Below are positions 13,421-27,097 of a stretch of DNA of 64,000 bases, piece after piece. The notes under the pieces are model-generated. The model worked only from the letters and a program-made list of their open reading frames with translations. It searched no databases and was not told where the DNA came from. The translations under genes and the position numbers were made by a program. The DNA is taken from contig OX597817.1 in the NCBI GenBank assembly GCA_951406725.2, positions 108,252,001-108,316,000 of the forward strand. The letters are read 5' to 3'. Each line of letters starts with the position of its first letter. Position 1 is the stretch's first letter. The stretch is from Octopus vulgaris. Its lineage: Eukaryota.

Positions 13421-15217
13421 GGTTCACACATATACACACAGAGCCCTAAAATTCCTGGTATCCAGTGACTTAATTAAATTTGTACAATGTGCTGTAGAAA
13501 TATCCATTTATATATTATAATTGTATGTAAACAATTTCACAGACAGAGTACAGTGTTTTTAATATTCTTTGAAAAAAATAATGTATTTTCAACTTCATAC
13601 TTTTCTAATATAACTTTTACCCCAATTGCAAATATGAAAATTCAGAGTATTTTTATTTGTCAATCATGACAAAAGTTTTCTCTTCCACACAACTGGTGGG
13701 GAGTATTTTGTGATCATAAATTCAAGGTCAGTTTTATATATTTACTAGCATTTTACCAATGCTTCTAAATGATACCTTTTAAAGGTACAATTATTTGGTA
13801 ACTTTGGCAATTTATTTTATTATTTTGAAATCTTTTTGAAAATATTGCCCATAAGATAACACAGTTTTTCTCTATGTAATGACAAAGAAACAATAGTGAT
13901 TAACTATTGTTGAATTATATTTATATTGTGCATCTAGTTTGGTTTATATTGAATCAATATATCAAGATGACAAATTTCTTAGATTATTATTTTTATCTGG
14001 TTACCTGTCTGTTCTTGCTGGTAAAATTTAAAAGTGATTTTTGAATGATTTTTCTTTACATGTTTTAAGAACTAGAAATTAAACTGTGATATTTAATACT
14101 TAAGTGTGAATTTCTTTAAATAAATGCTTTGAAAATGTATATGTTTAAATGCTCTTCATTAATTATTTTAGCAAAGATTTACTTTTCATTTTTTCAAATA
14201 AAATTTCATGAAATGTATTTATAATAATTATGAGGTTGCAGACATGTTGATGCATATAATATCTAGCTGAAAAAACAAAAATGAGAAAACCCTTCGCTTC
14301 TATCATTTTCCTAAGTCAAAACTCATAGTCTCTAAAAGAATCAAATGAACCAACTAGCCTGTTACTTTAATCACTTAATCTGAAGATATGAAACTTGAAG
14401 CGCAACAGAGAGAGAGAGAGAGAGAGAGGTGGGGATTGTTCATAAGCAGTCCCATAGTTGTTAAATGTCTCACTGTCTTAAATAAAGGCTATGTTGAACA
14501 ATATAATTCATGATATACAATAAATGGGATTATCACCATTGGAGTGCCTTTCACCATAGTTTTGTTTGACTGCATCTGATCTGGGACAGAACAACAATAT
14601 AGTTTACTTAGTGTCAAGAAGGCAAGGGCCTATGCATGGTCGTTTGGCCTGCTAGATACAGTAGCCAAATTTCCTTCAAATCACATCCTACTATCTTAAA
14701 TCTGAGAAGTACACATTGGAAAATACAGTCCTATATATGTATACAGATAAAAATTATGTTTGTATACTTGACAGAGTGTATTGTTCAGAAATCAAGGTGT
14801 CTCTCCAGGTTCAGCTGCTCCTTCATCACATCAGGACGATGCAGCTCTGGTACTATGGACATGATTACAATGCTGCTGTAGAGAAATTGCAAGATGGATT
14901 CTTCAAGCTGAGCCATCTAGTGAGAAACCTAGTGGATGACCAAGAGTATATCCATAGTGTCAGTTGGTCAGGCTTAGGAATCCATCCAGAAAGTCTCATG
15001 AAGGTTGCTTCTAAAAGGACCCTATGAAGGAGGTGCCAAGGACTTTACTACCCCTTATGAGTTTTCCAGGAATACTGGGCAGAGAAGATGGCTGACTGGC
15101 TATATATATATATTGATAGAAATGGCAAGACAACAAAAGAATGAAAGAGACCTCAATATTATGCAATTAGAGGAATTTATCTGTAAATATAATATGTGAC
15201 AATTATTCGGTAGCCAT

Positions 15218-15278
15218 GATAAAACTCCGAGTTCCAGATGTCTGGGCAGAAACCCATGCCAGCATCTCTTCAGTTATC
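15218..15278 (-). ncRNA. Hammerhead motif, degenerate copy (GAAA to GGAA)
   Basis: Reverse complement of the 16043-16105 motif. Confidence 0.5.
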
Positions 15279-15795
15279 GGGCCATCAAAAAAATGCTATG
15301 AAAATGACCGTTAAACAAAGGGAAATTACTGTGTGATTGACCGTTATTAAGACAAAAGAGCTATTAGAATGACCGCTAAGTAAGGGGAGGAGGAGTAAAG
15401 GTAAGGGAGTAAAAATATTCATAGTAATCGCATAAGTGTGCATGTCCATACATACACATGTGCGCCCACACACCCACGTACATGTGCCTATATATATACT
15501 CATACGTGTGTGTGTGTGCGTATATAGACATGTATGGGTATGTGTGTATATTAGATGTATGTGTGCATGCATGCGAGTATGTGCATATATAGATGTTTTA
15601 CTCTCGCTTATTTTTTACACTTTTTTCACACATTTTTCTATATTTTGCTTTTAGCCCGGATTTTCTTGTGCATGTGCCTATATAGATGTGTGTATGAACC
15701 TTTTTTGTGCATGTGCGTGTATGCAGGTATGTATATATATTTTTGGGCGAATGTGTGGGTGTGCATGTGTGTGTTTTTAGTGAGGGTGGATGAGT

Positions 15796-15826
<31 letters not shown>

Positions 15827-16042
15827 ATATATACATATATATATATAGGCGTATGTATGTGGGCATGTGGGTGCACATGTGTATGTATGGACATGCGCGC
15901 TTACACGATTACTACGAACATTTTTACTCCCTCCTCTTACTTAACGGTCATCCTAATAGCTCTTTTGTCTTAATAATGGTCAATCACACAGTAATTTCCC
16001 TTTGTTTTAATGGGCATTTTCATAGCATTTTTTTCGATGGCC

Positions 16043-16105
16043 TGATAACTGAAGAGATGCTGGCATGGGTTTCTGCCCCGGCATCTGAAACTCAGAGTTT
16101 TATCA
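16043..16105 (+). ncRNA. Type I hammerhead ribozyme motif
   Basis: TGATAA-CTGAAGA-GATGCTGG...CCGGCATC-T-GAAA-CTCAGAGT-T-TTATCA; 6-bp stem I, canonical CUGAAGA. Confidence 0.75.
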
Positions 16106-16123
16106 TGGCTACCAAATAATTGT

Positions 16124-16154
<31 letters not shown>

Positions 16155-16158
16155 AGGA

Positions 16159-16196
<38 letters not shown>

Positions 16197-18793
16197 TGTG
16201 TGTGTGTGCATGAGAGAGAGAGCAGTGGAGAGGTTCTCTTTCAGTCTTGTGGAATATGGAGTGTGCCTGTGGTGGAGGATGAGAAGAAACTTTTGAAGTA
16301 ACTAAAATCTAAGCCTTGATTTGCAGCATTGGACATAGATCAACTTTGCCTTTCATCACTTGAAGGTCAATAAAATAGTACCAGTCCAGAGCAGTGGAGT
16401 TGTAAAAGTGTTAGAGGGTTGATGAAATTCTTTAGTGTCTCTTCTGGCTGTCTGTGTTGTGACAGCAATGCCTGTGATGATACTAACACCAAGCTGTATT
16501 GGCCCTATGTTGGTGGCCTTTCCTCTGTATAAACATCAGTGGTGTGGACTTGCAAGCATAGATAACTGCCAGTCTTCTTCTTTAAAAAAAAATCTTGCCC
16601 AGGCTTTCACAAACACGTACAGCTGCATGTTAAAACCTTGGCAGATGGCGGCCCTATAAAAATCAAAGCATGATAATATGACTTGCAGAAAACCACCCAG
16701 AGGGCTGAGTTTCTGCAAATATTTATGACTTTTAGCATATTTTACTTCAAGCTGTTGATTGAGGATTTAATCCAGATTTTTAATTTGCTTAAAACAATCA
16801 CTGCTTGTTTTGTTTGGCATCTAGCTGTTTTCTAGCTATCCAAATAAACAAGAAATGAATGTTAAACTGTGATTATTATTGAGTATAAGAGATATATTGC
16901 AATTAATTATATATTATAAAAATATAAACAACATAAATTTGTTTAAGTACTTTCACTAAGTTTGCATTTCATATTTATATTGTACATTATGAGATCAGTT
17001 TTGGTAGAAACCAATAAGTGCAAGCAAGACAAGGAGATTGAAGCAGAACTGGCAGCTGAAAATTTACTTTGAGGAACAATTTTCATGTGAAATGGTGTTA
17101 GAAGTATCTTCCAGTTATTGGATTTCAACTGTAAGGTTAGTACATGAAGTGTGTCTAAGTTTAAATGTTTTGTCCTGTCTCAGTTCATTGTAATATCATG
17201 TATATATTGCCAATTTACATATACATATACATGAATATCAAAAAATAATACCAAATATTTAAATCTCTTACTCTGGCTTTAATACCCTAATGTTTGTTTG
17301 TTACCTTTCTCTTTTATCAATCAATGCATACTTCTTTGTTGCATTGTACTTATTTTAATCCAGAATCTCTCAACCTGATTATGAAAATAGGAATAAAATG
17401 GTGAAAAAAAAAATTGCAACAGAGTAATGAATGAAAAGAAAATTAGCAATGGAATGGTGAGACAAATAGAAATAGTATAATTTTAAAAAATGAACAGTCA
17501 GTATGATAACCATTAATAGTTTTTATTTCTCAAAAAAGAAAGAAATTTTTTTGTTCTTTGTTGTTTTAAACTTTGATTTATTTTCCCTATTAAAAGTGTA
17601 ATAGTTGATTAAACATAAAGAGTTTGACTTCAAACCCAAAGAAAATTACTATAGGGTTGACCCTATATGATTGATAAAGTGTCAGATTATGTTTCACAGT
17701 ACTTTGTTCATAGTTACACATTTTTTCCGTAATGTCCTATTATGATTTAATTTTGTAATGTATGGAGGATTGCATGTGTGTAGTTTAAGGTGTTGTTTTC
17801 ACTACAGTTAGGTCATAGTTTTGATTCTTGGACCAGCTAGGCTTTACCTCTGCAATGGCCTAGTGGCCTATTAAGTGGAAAGTTCTTTTACTTTTAGGAA
17901 ACTCAGATAAGCCCCAGCCTCATGAATCTGTATGTTTGTGGCAAATTTAGGTAGAAGGAATATAGACTGGTTATATTCCTTGCTCTTAAAAGTTGTACTT
18001 TGCACTTATGGAGAAAAAAATTAACTGGATATAGAAATATTAAGATTTAATCCACCTTTGGAGTCATTAGTTTTTTGTTACACAATCTATCCATTTGACA
18101 AAATATATCAACCTCACAAATACATTCAGTTACTGAATGTAGACATGAAATAAAATGATAACTATGTAGAACTGTTTTGGCAATGAGATATTGTTTGGAT
18201 ATAATTCATTTCAGTTCAGTCCAATAAAATGAAATATATCATCATTGTATTTAGAATGAAAATATAATTGCTGCCTGTGTTGGATTATTGATTTAGTCAT
18301 AATACTAAAAAACAACAAAAAACAAAAATAAAACAAAACATATAACTTATAACAGCAAATGCAATGGTAATAGAGAAAACAAATGTATTGAAATGAAACA
18401 TCAATATATCTTATTACATATTCAGTATCACTATGTAATTATCCATATTCTTTAATATAGAATCCAGCTGTATGACACTCTTAATTAACAGATTGTTAAT
18501 GATCTCAGTTGTCCAGAGTTAAATACCAGATTGAATGTTTTTTTTTAGGCCACGTATGGTGAACCTCACAAGCATCTAAAGTAGCACTTTAGATTAGAAA
18601 TGATGCATTATTCAGCCATCCATAATTGTTCAATATGTGTTTGATTCTTGCCTGATTTTGTTGTGACACCAGTCCATTACAGTTTTTTATCTGTCAGATT
18701 ACAGTAGGCTCTCCTAAGCTATACAGTTGTACTTTGTTATGGGTTTGTAATTTTTCAAAAGTTAGGCCTTGCTTTTAATTTTTTCCATCTCAG

Positions 18794-18951
18794 TGCAAAA
18801 GAAAAGCAGTGACAGCAATTGTGAATTCAACAAACAATGGGGAAAAAGAGCTCTTGTAATAGGCAATTCAGGAAAACTTTTGTGGATCGATTGTGAAAAT
18901 AGTTTCTCACATATTAAAAGATATGATCTTAATACACTGTACAAAACATAA
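18794..18951 (+). mobile_element. Fossil hAT (Buster/Charlie-like) transposase N-terminal fragment
   Basis: KKSSDSNCEFNKQW...GKLLWIDCENSFSHIKRYDLNTLYKT resembles the FNEKW...GKPVCLIC...KEYNL.RHY.TKH zinc-finger region. Confidence 0.45.
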
Positions 18952-20524
18952 CATAAGACTTAAATAGAAGGTAAACTGAAGTTAGTGCTTGGGTGTGAGT
19001 TGATAAAATATATTTCTTTATTGCTCACAAGGGGCTAAACATAGAGGGGACAAACAGGGACAGACAAATGGATTAAGTCGATTACATTACGAAACTGGTA
19101 CTTTATTTATCGACCCCGAAAGGATGAAAGGCAAAGTTGACCTCGGTGGAATTTGAACCCAGAACGTAGTTGAAAGATAAATATCCTTTGAATTGACTTT
19201 AGCGTTAGTCAAAGAACAGTAGATATTCTTTGATGGAAGGAGAAATTGTTAGGCTTAGGTTGCAAATAAATTTTGGTAATGGAAAATATCAAGGGAAAAA
19301 GTAAATGGAATTAGTCTATGAAAGCAAACAGTTATAAGACACACCAACTGTCTGTCTATCTGTCTCTGTCTGTCTCTTGATGTATTTGAGCAACTGAAAG
19401 GATTTTTCCATTCTGGTGCTTTATTCTCTGTAGCTTTGGATAAATCTACTGACATATGTGATACACCCCACATAAGCATTTTTATAAGAATTTTAGTGAC
19501 TTTGAATTACTTGTCTTGAGTTCCTTCATGGAAAAATAATATCAGACTTATTTAACAAAGTGAAGTCATTCTTGGAAAGTCTAAGTAAATTCATCTTTTT
19601 AAATCTGACAGTTACATTGATGACTGGTAAAGCTGTTGAGATAACAGCTTTGCTTGAAAATGTCTGCAATCATTCTCTAGTAAAAACATCACAGCATTAT
19701 ATGCCAAAGACTTTAAACCTGCAGTGCAAAAATATTATATTTATGTGTATCTGTCTTTATGCCTGCATTTGCCCCCACCACTACTTTCACCTGATGTTGG
19801 TGTGTTTACATCTCTGTACTTCATTGGTTTGGCAAAAAGCGACTGATAGAATAAGTACCAGGCCTTAAAAAAATAAGTCCTAGGATTGATTTGTTTGAGT
19901 AAAACCCTTCAAAGCAGTGTTGTAGCATGGCTGCTATCTAATGACTGAAACAAGGAAGAGATTAAAGATAGCATGCAAATTGAATTTTCTGATGTTTTCT
20001 TAAAAACAAATTCATTATTGAAAATGAAATTTGACTGACCTTCTCTCAGTTCCAAATACTGTTGACATGATTAACTTCCAGCAATTATAACTGAATATTT
20101 TTTAGAGTTAAGAAAATTTGCCAAGAACTACATCTGTCATTTTGAAATAAACTACAGCTTTGAAAAAATATTTTTATCTATGAAATAGATAAAAAAAAAC
20201 AAAACAAGATGATAACTGAAATTTTATAAAATTTTGTTGCTCTCAGTAATTACTTTACCTCCAAATATTAAAAACTTGGTTAAATCAAAAAACGAATTTA
20301 AAATGCTTATTAAATTAGAAAAATCTTTTTTAAAATCATATCTCAAGTGAAATAAACATTGGAAATGTTTTGCCCCAGACAGAAACTGCAGGCGCTACTG
20401 AGTCATATTGCAAGCTCTTCTGATGAATCTATTGCAATGTAAGAAATCCTTCCATATCATGAACAGGTATATCAGGGTCACAAGTAGTAGAAATGGTTAT
20501 TATCATCATTAGTGAGCTTAAGAT

Positions 20525-20830
20525 GGCCATCTGGCAGAATCATTAGCATACCAGACAAAATGCTTAGCAGCATTTCTGCTGGCTTTAAGTTCTGAGTTCA
20601 AGTTCTATTGAGATTGATTTTGCCTTACATCCTTTTGGGGTTGATAAAACAAGTACCATTTCATGTTACAAAGGATTACCAAAAGTAGCAAGCTGGACAC
20701 AATGCTTAGCAGTATTTCTTCCAATTCTTCGCATTCTGAGTTCAAATCCTACTAAGGTTACTTTGCCTTTCATCTTTTCAGGGTCAATAAAAATAAGTGC
20801 CAATCAAGTACTGGAGTCAATGTAGTCAAC
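20525..20830 (+). mobile_element. Two tandem degraded Nin-domain-type SINEs
   Basis: aaatgcttagc...ttctgagttcaa...tttgcctt.catc...aagt.cca repeated twice. Confidence 0.7.
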
Positions 20831-22289
20831 TTGCATTGAAAATTGATTTTTAGCCTGTATACCATACCTGAGTGAGGCAGTGAAGACTGAATTAGTCTTC
20901 ACCTGCAGAAGGGTTTTAACCTACTGTTTCTTATCAACCACACTCCTCTTGAGCTGGTTTCAGTTGCTATGACTGTTTCCTTGGTGGCTTTCTTGAGTTA
21001 TATGGGTTCCAGTTTACTTTTCTGCTGGAAATAGCACACTGATTTTGCTGGAAAGCCTTGGCAGCTGATTTCAATAGTGGATGAGGCCATGTGCCATCCT
21101 TAACAAGTGACTTGTCAATCAAGTTCCCATATTTGATATTCTTTAGTTGGTGAGAAATATTGAGTCTTTCCCAGAGCACTGGAAGTTCAGCCACAATGAT
21201 TGTTTTGGGAGTAGATTATGGATAATGACTACAAAATATAGTTGTTTTACATGAACGTGAAATTTCTTGTCAGAAACAGCCACATAAATGGTGTAAGGAA
21301 ATTGAAGGAAGATGTTGAAACTTCTCCTCTGTGAGTTTATTCATTTCAACAGCAAAGGGAGCTATTTTTTTTTGGAGAGAAAAGCTAACAAAAGCCCCTT
21401 TATTCTATCTTCCCACATAGCGTGCACATAAACTAACAGCGAATGCTACATAAAGCTAAATTGGTATGGAGCTTTCTGAAAGATGTGTAAAGCTTTTGCT
21501 AGTGGAAGCAAAACTATTATTTAAAGGTTGATTCTTTGGGACGTGTTTAAAAAAGGCTAGAATGACAATGCTAAAACCTATTTGAAACAATGGACAGCAG
21601 TTGAAATATCATAATGGCTGGGTAAAGAAGCATCCTTAAAGTGAAACAATGGTATCAAAGGTAAAAAAAAAGGTATCAACAATCAGAAGAGAGGGAAGGG
21701 AACATCACCTTTCAAGTAACTCAGAATAGGTAAAAGTAAGCTTGCCAAAGTTTAATGCAGTTTCAATATGTAGATTAAGATAGTTTGGTATTGGATATTC
21801 ATCAAGTATAGCTTTCCTAGTCAACTGAATCACTGTCGTAAGTGGACAGCAGAAATGGATGAAAACCTTTCACTTTTATAAAAAGATTAAAAAGAAAATA
21901 AGGGAAAAAAGCAATCGTTTTTTCACAGTGAAAAATTGTTTCCTAGTAGCTGGAATTTTGCAACAAAATGTATGTTTATTAAGCATAACAGCCTGCAGTG
22001 CATGCTGCTGGGCATTAAAAGTCAATTGCACAAACCTAGAGGGGCTCTGGGCCCCCTTGAATCAATAAAAAATCACTCTTTTTGCCATAGCAGCCACATC
22101 TTTATAGCTTGCGAATTTTAACCATCGCAGGTCTCATCCTCACTATGCATTTAGTATCCCTGCCAATTTTCAGCTCGATCCTAACCTTGGTTTGGCTGCC
22201 ATTAACTGTCAAAGCAAAATATGCATACAATTTTCGTCCAAGGCCTGTTTTATAGATATAGAAAATAATAATAATAATAATTATTATCA

Positions 22290-22500
22290 TTTCAAATTTT
22301 TGCCACAAGGGCAGCTTGGGGGAGGTGGGGATGAGTTGATTACATCAACCCCAGTGTGTAACTGATACTTATTTCATCAACCCTAAAGGGATGAAAGGCA
22401 AAGTTGACCTTGGTGGAATTTGAACTCAGAACGTAGTGACAGACAACATACTGCTAAGCATTTCGCCTGGAGTGCTAATGATTCTGCCAGCTCACTGCCT
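22290..22500 (-). mobile_element. Nin-domain-type tRNA SINE
   Basis: ggatgaaaggcaaagttgacc...tttgaactcagaac...gctaagcatttc. Confidence 0.8.
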
Positions 22501-22916
22501 TAATGATGATGATGATGATAATAATAATAACAACAACAATAATAATAGATCAGCTGTAATCTAAAGTAATTTGAGATTATGGGGGGTCTAGGTTTACAAT
22601 AAAGTAATAAAATGAAAAGTTTAGGATCCAAGGTAAAGGTCTCAGGAACAGAAACAAATCAATTTCAACTCCTACTACAAAGAAAACTTTATAATAATAG
22701 TTTAATGCTGAAAAGAAGAAAAAGAAATGAGAAGTGTTCTGTATTTTGGATAATAACACTATTTCAAGGAAAAGCAAAGAAGAAAGGAAGAGCTAAGTTC
22801 CATGGAAAGATATTGCAAAATTATGTGTATATATATGTATATATATATATATGCACACAACACACATAAATACGTATGTGTGTGTGTATGTTTACATATA
22901 TATATATATACATATA

Positions 22917-23267
22917 CAGGGTTTCCCAAAAGTCACTGATGGGTTTCAGTTTTTAATAACTTCCTTAACTTTACAAATAAATGCATGAAATTTTGATTCA
23001 ATATAAAGGACATAATGGAAATTAATATGCACAAGTCAAATTTTGCAACACAACTGCATCACGTATGAAAAATGACATTGCTTAAATGGCAGCCATTTGT
23101 GGCTTTGCATGCCTGTGCTCTTTCGAAAACTTGCACAATAACATCCTCAAGGGTTTCAGACCCCACTTCTCTGATTTCTCTATTGATGTTCTCCTTCATG
23201 CATTTATTTGTAAAGTTAAGGAAGTTATTAAAAATTAAAAGCCATCAGTGATTTTTGGGACACCCTG
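22917..23267 (-). mobile_element. Tc1/mariner deletion derivative (rosa/DD41D-like C-terminus)
   Basis: ~70-bp TIRs CAGGGTTTCCCAAAAGTCACTGATGG... ; minus strand reads RAQACKATNGCHLSNVIFHT*. Confidence 0.8.
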
Positions 23268-23369
23268 AATATATATATGTACATAGCTGTCTAAGAAACC
23301 ATAAGTCAGAAAAAATATGCACTCATTTATTTGTCAGTACAGTAGGTATATTAATTGAAGCGTAGAATA

Positions 23370-23605
23370 TTATATATCCATTATTGCCAACCGTACCAAT
23401 TGGTTTCACGCTAGGGGTTCAACAGAGTGTGATGTAACAGCCCAATTATGTAACCCTGCACTCTTCAGAGATTGCAGTCACCATATTTCCTTTCATAACT
23501 ACTACCTCTGAAAAGTGCAGGGTTACATAATCAGACTGTTACCTAACACTCCATTGAACCCCTAGTATGAAATTGATTGGTAATATCAACCTTAATAGAT
23601 ATATA
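23370..23605. mobile_element. Palindromic MITE/fold-back
   Basis: ctaggggttcaa...ttatgtaaccctgcact.ttcagag versus ctctgaaaagtgcagggttacataa...ttgaacccctag. Confidence 0.75.
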
Positions 23606-24559
23606 ATACAATGTACACCTCGGTTTATATTTGTAGGTGCAGTATAGCAAAATGGTTGGGAGGGTTACTTTTCTAACACTACATCTAGTTCAGTGCCACT
23701 GCATAGCATCTTGGGTAAATGACCTTCCCCACTCAAACTACCATATCATCTTTGCTCATGCTCAATGCCTGCTCCCTCTCTCTCTCTCTCCCTCACAACT
23801 GCAGTGTGCCAAAAACAATCCATCCCTTTCCTCCCTCTGTCAACTGTATCATCATTACTATCCTGCTACAAGCATCTGTCTGCATTCTCCAATTCATACA
23901 CCTCCAACTTCTATATCCATCACTCTCTCCACCCATCCTTCAATCTTTCTCAGTCTTTACAAATGTTTCCTACCTTACTTTTTCCCCATTTCCCCTATCT
24001 CTTCCCCCTACCATACATTCTTGCAAACCCTCACTCATTCCTAGCCTCTCTGTTCCCACTCACTACTATGTATGTATGTGTAGGTGCAATATAGCCTAAC
24101 TGTACACCTTTATCTTTATGTTGTGGGCAGTGTTATGGTAGTTCCATAGATGCTTCTTGAGGGACCCAAAAGTTCTGTCGCTCAGATTGTTTTCGCCTCT
24201 CAACTTCAAGGTCAGAAGAATTAGTACAAGTCATTGAACTACTGAGATAGGTAAAAGCCTTGGTGTACTTTAGGGGCTCTCTCAATCTATTAGGACATCT
24301 TGGTAGAGCAACTCAGTTTTCTTGAGATTAGACATGTCTGCTGCTCAAGAAAACTGGTCCACAATGTGTTGCATTGTCTTCAATATTGCTAGTTATGAGT
24401 GCTGAGTCTTGTGTGTAGGGCAGTTTCCTGGCACACACATCCCTGATTTTGATGGAAGCATGAAGACAGGCAAGTGCTAGGAAGCCCTTTGCCTTGTGTA
24501 CCAGGGGTACAGTGAAGATGCTGACAACAGGACATTGGATAACCAACACACATATGTAT

Positions 24560-24865
24560 ATACAAAGTGTTTGGGATAAATTTGAAAGTTTACATAAAAG
24601 GGGAAAAAGAAATCAATATCCTATCTAAAAATAAAAGTATTTTAAAATATACAAAAATACCAACTAGATTATGGCTGGGAGATGATAGTTCACTTGAAGT
24701 AGCTGCCCTCACCACAGCCTCAAGATGATGCCAGAACCTAGTACATGCATTCCTCACATACCAGGTTCTCATACGTTCAGGGGATATATTTGAACATCTT
24801 GGTCTTGGCCTCCAGCTTGGTCTTGGTGTTGCAGGCAGAGTAGCTGGTGTCTTTCTCAACTACAC
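24560..24865 (-). mobile_element. Tc1/mariner transposase 3' fragment
   Basis: VRNACTRFWHHLEAVV followed by frameshifted GSYF, typical of a Tc1/mariner C-terminus. Confidence 0.55.
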
Positions 24866-24875
24866 CTGACACATA

Positions 24876-25086
24876 GTGCTGAAAAGTTCCTGGCTTTGAA
24901 TAAATAAAAAATTCAGGAGGATTAGTTACTTATAATTTTATTCAACATGTTCTCCTCAGATTTGCACACTTATCTCAGCAGTCCTTCAGTTTTTCTAAGC
25001 CCTGTAAAAGAACTCAGAAGGTTGGGCCTCCAACCAGGCCTTTCATGATACTCTTAAAGTCAAGAACTTTCCAGTACCCTTTCGTA
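24876..25086 (-). mobile_element. Mariner-derived MITE
   Basis: TIR gtgctgaaaagttcctggcttt / aagtcaagaactttccagtac; sister copy at 62967-63156. Confidence 0.7.
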
Positions 25087-25609
25087 TGCATGTATGTATG
25101 TATTTTGTTTGACATTTGAATTTATTTTTTTATATCCAATTTTTAAAATAAATCATTCAAAATAAATATGCAAGATTTCAGTGTCTGTTTTATGTTTTCT
25201 TCGACTTGATTTATTTGTGCCGTGATTAATAACAGACACATACATTGTTTCCTGACATGATGTGCTTCCATATATCATAGCTGGCAGTTCATCAAGACAT
25301 CAACACTCTTCAACACTATAACAAACGCAATGATTTATGTAAGTAAACAAGATTGCATAGAAACCATTCTTACTCACTTCTGTTTTACTGAAATATTTTT
25401 AGTTATTCATTTTTGTTTTTATCGTATTTTTTTATTATTAGCTTTTTTTTTGCCTCTAATGTATCAAGGTGATAAATAAGTACTACATGTTGTTACTTAG
25501 ATTTTACAACAGAGTGTGCTACCTCTAAGCAATTTCTGTTGGTCAAAGTTACACTGAAAACGAACAGATAAAGATTTATTTGCTTTCAACATATTTATTT
25601 AGTTAGTTA

Positions 25610-26008
25610 GCTCTCTTTCTCTTTTTCTCTTTTACCTGTTTCAGTCATTTGACTGTGGCCATGCTGGAGCACCGCCTTTAGTCGAGAAAATCGACCCCGA
25701 GACTTATTCTTTGTAAGCCCAGTACTTATTCTATCGGTCTCTTTTGCCGAACCGCTAAGTGACGGGGACGTACACACACCAGCATCGGTTGTCAAGCAAT
25801 GCTAGGGGGACAAACACAGACACACAAATGCACACACATACATACATATATATACATATATACGACAGGCTTCTTTCAGTTTCCGTCTACCAAATCCACT
25901 CACAAGGCATTGGTCGGCCCGGGGCTATAGCAGAAGACACTTGCCCAAGATGCCACGCAGTGGGAGTGAACCCGGAACCATGTGGTTGGTTAGCAAGCTA
26001 CTTACCAG
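25610..26008 (-). mobile_element. tRNA-derived SINE, near full length
   Basis: Minus-strand tRNA-like head (tggtaagtagcttgc...ccgggttcactccc); same family as 42095-42485. Confidence 0.85.
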
Positions 26009-26193
26009 TTATTTATTGTAATATATTTGCTTTCAGCATTCAATTAATTAAATAATTAATTTATTTTTTGCACCCTCATAATATCTTAAAACTGCAGAAA
26101 TATTTTAATTGGGTAATCTGAAATTATAGTATGAAGCTCTCATTACCATTGCTGCTGTTGCCTCCAATATTGCCAACAACAGCAACAGCAGTA

Positions 26194-26375
26194 GAGGCGC
26201 AATGGCCCAGTGGTTAGGGCAGCGAACTCATGGTCGTAAGAACGCGGTTTCAATTCCCAGACATCGTGAGTGTTTATTGAGCAAAAATACCTAAGCTCCA
26301 CGAGGCTCTGGTGGTTGGGTGGTGGTGAACTCCGCTGTACCCTTTCACCACAACTTTCTCTCACTCTTTCTTCCT
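26194..26375 (+). mobile_element. tRNA-headed SINE fragment
   Basis: A box TGGCCCAGTGG and B-box-like GGTTTCAATTCC. Confidence 0.6.
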
Positions 26376-27097
26376 ACTTCTGACACAAAGCAGAGGAACC
26401 ATGGTGTAACCCACTATGGTGTGGTAAACTTTCAGACCTTAGTCTAGGTTGCGAATTCTCTGTACACCAGGATGGTTCAGCTCTCCACCCGTTAAAAGCC
26501 ACCGTTTATGGAATGAGGATAACAATGTAGCTTTCATGCCCGTACAACTGCCAGTCTATCACGTGTGGTGGGTGGATCTTCAAGTTGGCACACACCTTCT
26601 TAGTAGCTTAGAGTAGGCTCGAATTAGAGATTATTCCTTGTGGCTAATGGCGTGAGTCCTGATTGGAAGAAGAAAAAGATAGCAGCAGCAGCTGTCAACA
26701 TCATTTTAGCCCTTTGGATACAAACCCACTCAAAACTGGCCCTGTTTCTTTGATACAAACTTCATGTTTTAAAGTAATCCATCTTAAAACCCATTTGTCA
26801 AAATTTAATGCTAATTTATATTCCAAATACTAGCTTAATAAAAATAAAGTTATTTTAATAAATTTTTCATTATTTCCAAAATTAATTGAAACAAAAGCAG
26901 TGTATTTCAAAAAAAATATGCTAAGAAAGAGGTTAATGAACTGACTACCTGGTTGGTAGACCCGCTATAAGTCAGTAAGGGACACACTGTCTTTAAGAAA
27001 AGGAACAATGTTTTGGAGTATGTAATTCTAGATGTGTGAATAAAAGATTGGATTGACATAGTTGGAATGTCTTTAATCATAGGTTTACTTAATTAAG

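Larger units (their letters stand above)
15116..16130. mobile_element. Fold-back non-autonomous Penelope-type element with hammerhead arms
   Basis: ~300-bp inverted arms (~15192-15500 / ~15840-16130), one-sided extension 15116-15191, flanked by (TA)n. Confidence 0.75.

Noticed and set aside
20420-20450. CTGATGA...GAAA hammerhead candidate
   Set aside because: No pairable stems I-III.
23637-24099. Three overlapping ORFs of more than 100 aa
   Set aside because: C/T-rich low-complexity sequence lacks stops by composition; likewise the purine-rich tract at 32145-32614.
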